NCBI GenBank assembly: GCA_965220745.1
Contig: CBDCQT010000012.1
Coordinates: forward strand, 256,001-320,000
Direction: 5' to 3'
DNA length: 64,000 nt
Source: Alphaproteobacteria bacterium
Lineage (GTDB): Bacteria; Pseudomonadota; Alphaproteobacteria; UBA828
The position numbers and the translations under genes were made by a program. Position 1 is the stretch's first letter. Every line of letters begins with the position of its first letter. Below the pieces are notes generated by a model. The model saw only the letters and a program-made list of their open reading frames with translations. It searched no databases and was not told the DNA's origin. This document shows positions 55,224-64,000 of this stretch, one piece after another.

Positions 55224-56486
55224 TGATCCTCCCCCATCGAGTTGGTCCACCCTTAGGTTATGGAAAGAGGAGGACCGACGATGGCAAGGAAGCGTTACAA
55301 GCCCGAGGAGATCGTGAGCCTGCTGCGGCGGGCTGAGGTTCTGAACGGCCAGGGCATGTCGATGGCGGACGCGATCCGCGAGCTTGGGATCAGCGAGGTT
55401 ACCTTCTACCGCTGGCGCAAGGAGTATGCCGGGATGAGCGGCGATCAGCTCCGCCGTTTGAAGGAGCTCGAGAAGGAGAACGAGCGGCTGCGCCGTGCGG
55501 TCTCCGATCTGACGCTGGACAAGCAGATTCTCAAAGAGGCCGCAGGGGGAAACTTCTAAGCCCCTCGCGCCGGCGCCAGTGCATCGATCATGTCTGTGAC
55601 CGGCTCGGGGTCTCGGAACGCCGCGCTTGCCGGGTGCTGGGGCAGCACCGCTCGACCCAGCGCCGCATCCCGCGCGGCCGCGACGACGAGGACCGCCTGG
55701 TCGCGTACATGATCGAGCTGGCCCGCCAGTACGGCCGTTACGGCTATCGCCGCATCGCGGCCCTGCTTCGCGATGCCGGCTGGCAGGTCAACGACAAGCG
55801 GATCGAGCGCTTGTGGCGGCGCGAGGGGCTGAAGGTGCCCGGCAAGCAACCGAAGCGGGGCCGGCTTTGGCTCAATGACGGCTCCTGCATCCGGCTGCGC
55901 GCCGAGAGGGCGGATCACGTCTGGTCCTACGACTTCGTCCATCACCGGACGTATGACGGCAGGGCCTTCCGCATGCTCAACGTCCTGGACGAGTTCACCC
56001 GCGAGAGCCTGGTCATCCGGGTGCGCAGGAGGCTTTCCTCGATCGACGTCATCGATGTGCTGACCGACCTGTTCATCCTGCGCGGCATTCCGACCTGGAT
56101 CCGTTCCGACAACGGTCCGGAGTTCGTCGCCGAGGCCGTCAGGCGGTGGATCGCTGCGGTCAGCGCCCGCACCGCCTTCATCGAGCCGGGCTCACCCTGG
56201 GAGAACGGCTACATCGAGAGCTTCAATGCGCGGCTGCGCGACGAGCTCCTGAACGGGGAGATCTTCTACACCCTGAAGGAAGCCCAGGTTCTCATCGAAT
56301 CGTGGCGGTGCCATTACAACGCGATCCGCCCACACGGCAGCCTGGGATACCGGCCGCCCGCCCCGGAGACGATCATCATGCCAAGCTGGCCGCCCGGCTC
56401 CGCTACGCTCCGCCGGCCACCCAGCTTGGCCGAGGAACCCGCGATGCACTAACATTCGACCTGGACCAGTCGACGGGGGCAGGTCA
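55224..56486 (+). mobile_element. IS3-family insertion sequence, copy 3, 1263 bp, no target duplication
   Basis: Same TIRs; flanks AGAC / ACAT do not match. Confidence 0.95.
55281..56452 (+). CDS. IS3 transposase OrfAB (programmed -1 frameshift)
   Basis: Translations identical to copy 2. Confidence 0.92.
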
Positions 56487-56720
56487 ACATCGCCCTCTCG
56501 GTTGACGCCCCATCGAATCCGGGCTTAACGCGTGAGAGGATGGAGACCGTACACACCAAGATACGGGCGGCTGCAATCCCCCTGACGGCGGAATCCCACG
56601 CCAGACATGTCGAGTTTGTCCAGTCTGCAAAAGAGAAGCGCGCGACGCGACGCTAACGGTTGCCTGACTCTGCCCGGTCGGATGAGAGACGGGGCACTTG
56701 GGAATGGGGCGGAAAGCACG

Positions 56721-56805
56721 ATGTCAGACAGCTACAGAGCACTCGTCGTCGACAAGCAGGAGGACGGCGTCGGCGCCGAGATCAGGACACTCACCGAGGT
56801 CGCGT
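56721..56805 (+). pseudogene. N-terminal remnant of an AcuI/YhdH-like MDR reductase
   Basis: MSDSYRALVVDKQEDGVGAEIRTLT resembles the YhdH/AcuI start, then homology is lost. Confidence 0.45.
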
Positions 56806-56953
56806 CGTCGTCGACGTCAACGCCTGACCCCGACGTAAGGGCGAGAAGTGGGCCGGGCCGCAGCGCGGCCCGGAGCGCGCGACTGCGCGCCGCGCCATTG
56901 GCGCGTAGCCAAGCGAACGGAGTGAGCGCCCGGCGCCTGAGGGAAACTGAAAG

Positions 56954-57424
56954 TTAACCGTAAAGGACGGCGGTGATCTCGTAAGTGTGGCGGCCGCCGG
57001 GGGTTTCGAGCTCGACGGAATCCCCAGTCGAGCGGCCGACCAGCGCCCGCGCCAACGGTGAGGTTATGGAGAGCCGGCCCTCGCTCGCGTCGGCCTCGTC
57101 AGCGCCGACGAGCTGGTAGGTGCTCTCGGCCTCGGTGTCCTCATCGACGATGGAGACCGTCGCGCCGAACTGCACGCGATCGCCGGAAAGCGTGCTGGTG
57201 TCGATCACCTCCGCGCCGCCGAGCTTCGCTTCCAGCTCTAGGATGCGCGCTTCGGTGAGGCCCTGGCGGTCCTTCGCGGCATGATACTCGGCGTTTTCCG
57301 ACAGATCGCCGTGCTCGCGGGCCGCAGCGATCTCGCGCACGATACGGGGACGCTCGGCCTTCAGCCGGCTAAGCTCCTCCTTGAGGCGCTTGTGCCCCTC
57401 GGGCGTCATCAAATGTCTGTCCAT
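56954..57424 (-). CDS. greA: Transcription elongation factor GreA
   Basis: AREHGDLSENAEYHAAK, SPLARAL. Confidence 0.97.
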   Translation of the reverse strand: MDRHLMTPEGHKRLKEELSRLKAERPRIVREIAAAREHGDLSENAEYHAAKDRQGLTEARILELEAKLGGAEVIDTSTLSGDRVQFGATVSIVDEDTEAESTYQLVGADEADASEGRLSITSPLARALVGRSTGDSVELETPGGRHTYEITAVLYG

Positions 57425-57498
57425 CGTCGGACTGCCGCGCACCCGCGTTCGGGGCCGCGTCCCCTCCCGAGCCTTTCGATGATCTCCCGCTGCCGGCG

Positions 57499-60765
<3,267 letters not shown>

Positions 60766-60782
60766 GACGCGGGAGCCGGCCG

Positions 60783-61934
60783 TCAGTCCATCAGCGCGAC
60801 GAACCGGTCGAAGAGATGCTGGGCATCCTGCGGGCCGGGCGACGCTTCCGGGTGGTACTGGACAGAGAAGATGGGACGATCGTCGACGGCGAGGCCTTCG
60901 AGCGTGCCGTCGAAGAGAGAGACGTGGGTGGCGGTGACGCCGGCAGGCAGCGAATCCGCCATGACCTCGAAGCCGTGGTTCTGGCTCGTGATCTCGACTC
61001 GCCCCGTCGCCAGCTCTTTGACTGGATGGTTGGCGCCGCGATGGCCGAAGGGCATCTTCTTGGTCTCGGCGCCGAGAGCCAAGGCGAGCAGCTGATGGCC
61101 GAGGCAGATGCCGAAGATGGGCAGTCCGCTCTCGATCAGCGACTGGATCACGGGCACCGCATATTCGCCTGTCGCGGCCGGGTCGCCCGGCCCGTTCGAG
61201 AGGAAGATGCCATCCGGCTCGTGGGCGAGAATCGTGTCTGCGTCCGCCGTGGCGGGCACGACGGTCACGTCACAGCCGGCGGCGGCGAGCGAGCGCAGGA
61301 TGTTGCGCTTGGCGCCATAATCGACCGCGACCACGCGGTGGCGCGGCGCATCGAGAGAGCCGTAGGCGCCGGTCTCGACATCCCAGGTGGTCTCGGTCCA
61401 GCCGTAGGCCTGACGGCAGCAGACCTCCTTGGCGAGGTCCATGCCCTCGAGCCCCGGCCATGCGCGGGCCTTGGCGGTGAGCGCGGCCTCGTCGATGGCC
61501 GCGGGCTCGGATGTGTGGATCAGCGCGCCGTCCTGCGCACCGCCGGTACGGAGCAGGCGGGTCAGCCGCCGGGTATCGATACCGGCGATGCCGATGAGGC
61601 CGCGCCGTTCAAGCCAGCTTTCGAGGTGCTGGACCGCGCGCCAGTTCGAGGGCTCGGAGACATCCGCGCGCAGCACCAGCCCGAGCGCAGCCGGCGTTCC
61701 CGCCTCCAGGTCGTCCTCGTTGGTCCCGACATTGCCGATATGGGGGAAAGTGAAGGTGATGATCTGCCCGGCATATGACGGATCGGTAAGAATTTCCTGA
61801 TAGCCGCTCATCGCGGTGTTGAAGCAGATTTCGCCCACGGCCTCGCCCCGCGCGCCGAGGCCGCGGCCGCGAAAAACCGTTCCGTCGGCGAGCGCGAGCG
61901 CCGCAGTTGCGGTAGGCGATCCAGACCCTGACAT
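60783..61934 (-). CDS. carA: Carbamoyl-phosphate synthase small subunit
   Basis: [32 protein letters not shown]. Confidence 0.98.
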   Translation of the reverse strand: MSGSGSPTATAALALADGTVFRGRGLGARGEAVGEICFNTAMSGYQEILTDPSYAGQIITFTFPHIGNVGTNEDDLEAGTPAALGLVLRADVSEPSNWRAVQHLESWLERRGLIGIAGIDTRRLTRLLRTGGAQDGALIHTSEPAAIDEAALTAKARAWPGLEGMDLAKEVCCRQAYGWTETTWDVETGAYGSLDAPRHRVVAVDYGAKRNILRSLAAAGCDVTVVPATADADTILAHEPDGIFLSNGPGDPAATGEYAVPVIQSLIESGLPIFGICLGHQLLALALGAETKKMPFGHRGANHPVKELATGRVEITSQNHGFEVMADSLPAGVTATHVSLFDGTLEGLAVDDRPIFSVQYHPEASPGPQDAQHLFDRFVALMD

Positions 61935-62219
61935 CGAAGTTCCTGCGGACGGGCCACGCGTCCTCGCCGCCCGGTCCGACTCGTGGTGCGCGCGGAGTCG
62001 AAGGTGCGCGCAGTGTAGTCGGGGCCATGTCGCGGTCAAGCATCGACCCGTCGCGGTCGAGCATCGACGACAATTGCCAAGTGCAAGGTACGCAAAGCGC
62101 CCAATTCCATCGCCGGAAGGCCCCGTCCGGAAACGAGATTCTTGTCAAGGGAGAATCGTCGTTGATCGGCGTTGCCGGGCCTCTATAGTCCTCGGCATTC
62201 CAAATGACGGGGGATGCCC

Positions 62220-62678
62220 ATGCTGCGACCGCAGCTGGAGGAGGCGCTCAAGCGTGCCATGAAGGCGCGCGAGCAGTGCCGGGTGGCGACCATCAGGCTT
62301 ATTCTTGCGGCGCTCAAGGATCGCGACATTGCAGAGCGCGGCAAGGGCAACGGCGAATTGGATGACAACCAGATTCTGGCTCTGTTGCAGACGATGATTC
62401 GCCAACGGCGCGAGAGTATCGAGCAGTATGAACGGGGCGGCCGCATCGACCTCGCGGAGCGGGAAGCAGAAGAAATCGCCGTGATACAGACCTTCCTGCC
62501 GCCGGCGATCGAAGGCGACGATCTGGTCTCGGCCGTGCGCGGCGTCGTGAACGACTTAAATGCGAGCACAATCAAGGATATGGGCCGCACGATGGCGTGC
62601 CTGAAGCAAAAGTATTCGGGCCGCATGGACTTCGCCAAGGCGAGCGGGCTGGTGAGGGAGCTGCTCGCTTCCGGTTGA
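62220..62678 (+). CDS. GatB/YqeY domain protein
   Basis: AMKAR..TIRLILAALKD..QRRESIEQY..KDMGR. Confidence 0.92.
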   Translation: MLRPQLEEALKRAMKAREQCRVATIRLILAALKDRDIAERGKGNGELDDNQILALLQTMIRQRRESIEQYERGGRIDLAEREAEEIAVIQTFLPPAIEGDDLVSAVRGVVNDLNASTIKDMGRTMACLKQKYSGRMDFAKASGLVRELLASG

Positions 62679-62799
62679 TCCGCCGGGATCACCCGCTGCG
62701 GCGACGGCAGGCGGGGAGGGACCCGCCCTGAGAGGTCTACAAGGGCTGGGAAACGGGCGCTGACCGCGCCATGATGAGCGCTCAGCCGGGCGTGAGAGG

Positions 62800-64000
62800 A
62801 TGACGTTCCCACCGAGTTTTCTGGACGAGATTCGCGCGCGTGTTCCGCTGGAAGGCGTGATCGGCAAGCGCGTGCGGCTGGTGCGCCGCGGGCGCGAAAT
62901 GATCGGCCTCTGCCCCTTCCACAAGGAGAAGACGCCCTCCTTCACCGTGAACGAGGAGAAGGGCTTCTTCCACTGCTTCGGCTGCGGCGCCCACGGCGAC
63001 GTCATCGGCTTCCTCATGCGCGACGAGGGCCTCCCCTTCCCGGAGGCGGTGGAGCGCCTGGCAGGCGATGCGGGCCTGGCACTGCCCGCGCGCGACCCGC
63101 GCGCCGAGGCGCGGGAGAAGGAGCGGCACTCGCTCTACGGTGTGACCGAGGCTGCGGCCGCCTGGTTTGAGTCCGAGCTGGCGGGGCAGCGCGGCGCGGC
63201 GGCGCGGCGCTATCTCGACGCCCGCGGCGTGGATGAGGAAACCCGCGCGCACTTCCGTATCGGCTTCGCGCCCGATAGCCGCACCGCACTCCGCACCAAG
63301 CTGGAGGGCGACGGCGTGCCCGAAGCCATGATGCTGTCGGCCGGTCTCGTCATCGCGCCGGAGGATGGCGGCACGCCCTACGATCGCTTTCGGGGTCGGA
63401 TCATCTTCCCCATCTGCGACCGGCGCGGCCGGGTCATTGCCTTCGGCGGCCGGGCGTTGGGCGAGCGCCAGCCCAAGTATCTCAACTCGCCGGAGACGCC
63501 GCTCTTCGCCAAGGGCAGCCTGCTGTATGGCCACCATCTCGCCGCGCCTGCCGCCCGCAAGGCGAACCGGGTGATCGCGGTCGAGGGCTACATGGACGTG
63601 ATCGCGCTGCACCAGGCGGGCATCGCCGAGGCCGTGGCGCCGCTCGGCACCGCGCTTACCGAACAGCAGCTGGAAGCACTCTGGCGGCTCGCGGAGGATC
63701 CGGTGCTCTGCTTCGACGGCGACGAGGCCGGCGCCCGTGCCGCGGCACGTGCCGTCGAGCGGGCCTTGCCTCAGCTCAGCGCAAAGCGCTCGCTGCGGTT
63801 CGCGACGCTTCCCACCGGCCAGGACCCCGACACGATGGTGCGCGATCGCGGCCGCCGGGCGATGGCCGAGATCGTCGCAGCTGCGATCCCGCTCTCCGAC
63901 CAGCTCTGGAAGATGGCGGCGGGCGGACGCACGCTCGAAACGCCCGAGGCGCGGGCCCGGGTCAACAAGCAGCTCCAGGACCAGGTCGCGCGAATTCCCG
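62800..64000 (+). CDS. dnaG: DNA primase (runs off the window end)
   Basis: MTFPPSFLDEIR, CPFHKEKT..HCFGC zinc finger, KYLNSPET, VEGYMDV, FDGDEAG; absent from the ORF track because it has no stop in the window. Confidence 0.97.
   Translation, partial: MTFPPSFLDEIRARVPLEGVIGKRVRLVRRGREMIGLCPFHKEKTPSFTVNEEKGFFHCFGCGAHGDVIGFLMRDEGLPFPEAVERLAGDAGLALPARDPRAEAREKERHSLYGVTEAAAAWFESELAGQRGAAARRYLDARGVDEETRAHFRIGFAPDSRTALRTKLEGDGVPEAMMLSAGLVIAPEDGGTPYDRFRGRIIFPICDRRGRVIAFGGRALGERQPKYLNSPETPLFAKGSLLYGHHLAAPAARKANRVIAVEGYMDVIALHQAGIAEAVAPLGTALTEQQLEALWRLAEDPVLCFDGDEAGARAAARAVERALPQLSAKRSLRFATLPTGQDPDTMVRDRGRRAMAEIVAAAIPLSDQLWKMAAGGRTLETPEARARVNKQLQDQVARIP

Overview
GC-rich chromosomal window, most likely from an alphaproteobacterium (gene order thrS-infC-rpmI-rplT-pheST-lepA, and carA-carB-greA with yqeY-dnaG divergent from carA). 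It has three parts. (1) 1-8.8 kb is a catabolic cluster: the C-terminus of a short PPDK-like phosphotransferase, a three-subunit biotin carboxylase with an atypical carboxyltransferase active site, a thiolase, a 3-hydroxyacyl-CoA dehydrogenase and several dehydrogenases. (2) About 9-45.8 kb is a decaying mosaic accessory region anchored at tRNA-Ser(GGA) by a P4-type integrase. It holds the remnant of a MukB-type SMC gene translationally coupled to a JetD/DUF2220-like Toprim gene (Wadjet-like defence), a MOBF relaxase module with three ribbon-helix-helix paralogues and a candidate F-like nic site, a sugar-type ABC/PhyH catabolic cluster bounded by IS-like ends and a 171-bp MITE, a histidine decarboxylase plus ACT protein, an exported KatG, an ACP-adenylation-acyltransferase fusion, an MFS transporter and many pseudogenes (carA, rpoD, alpA, glyoxalase, phosphoesterase). 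(3) 46-64 kb is core housekeeping genes. Three near-identical 1263-bp IS3-family elements are present. All calls come from motif recognition by eye; no database search was run.
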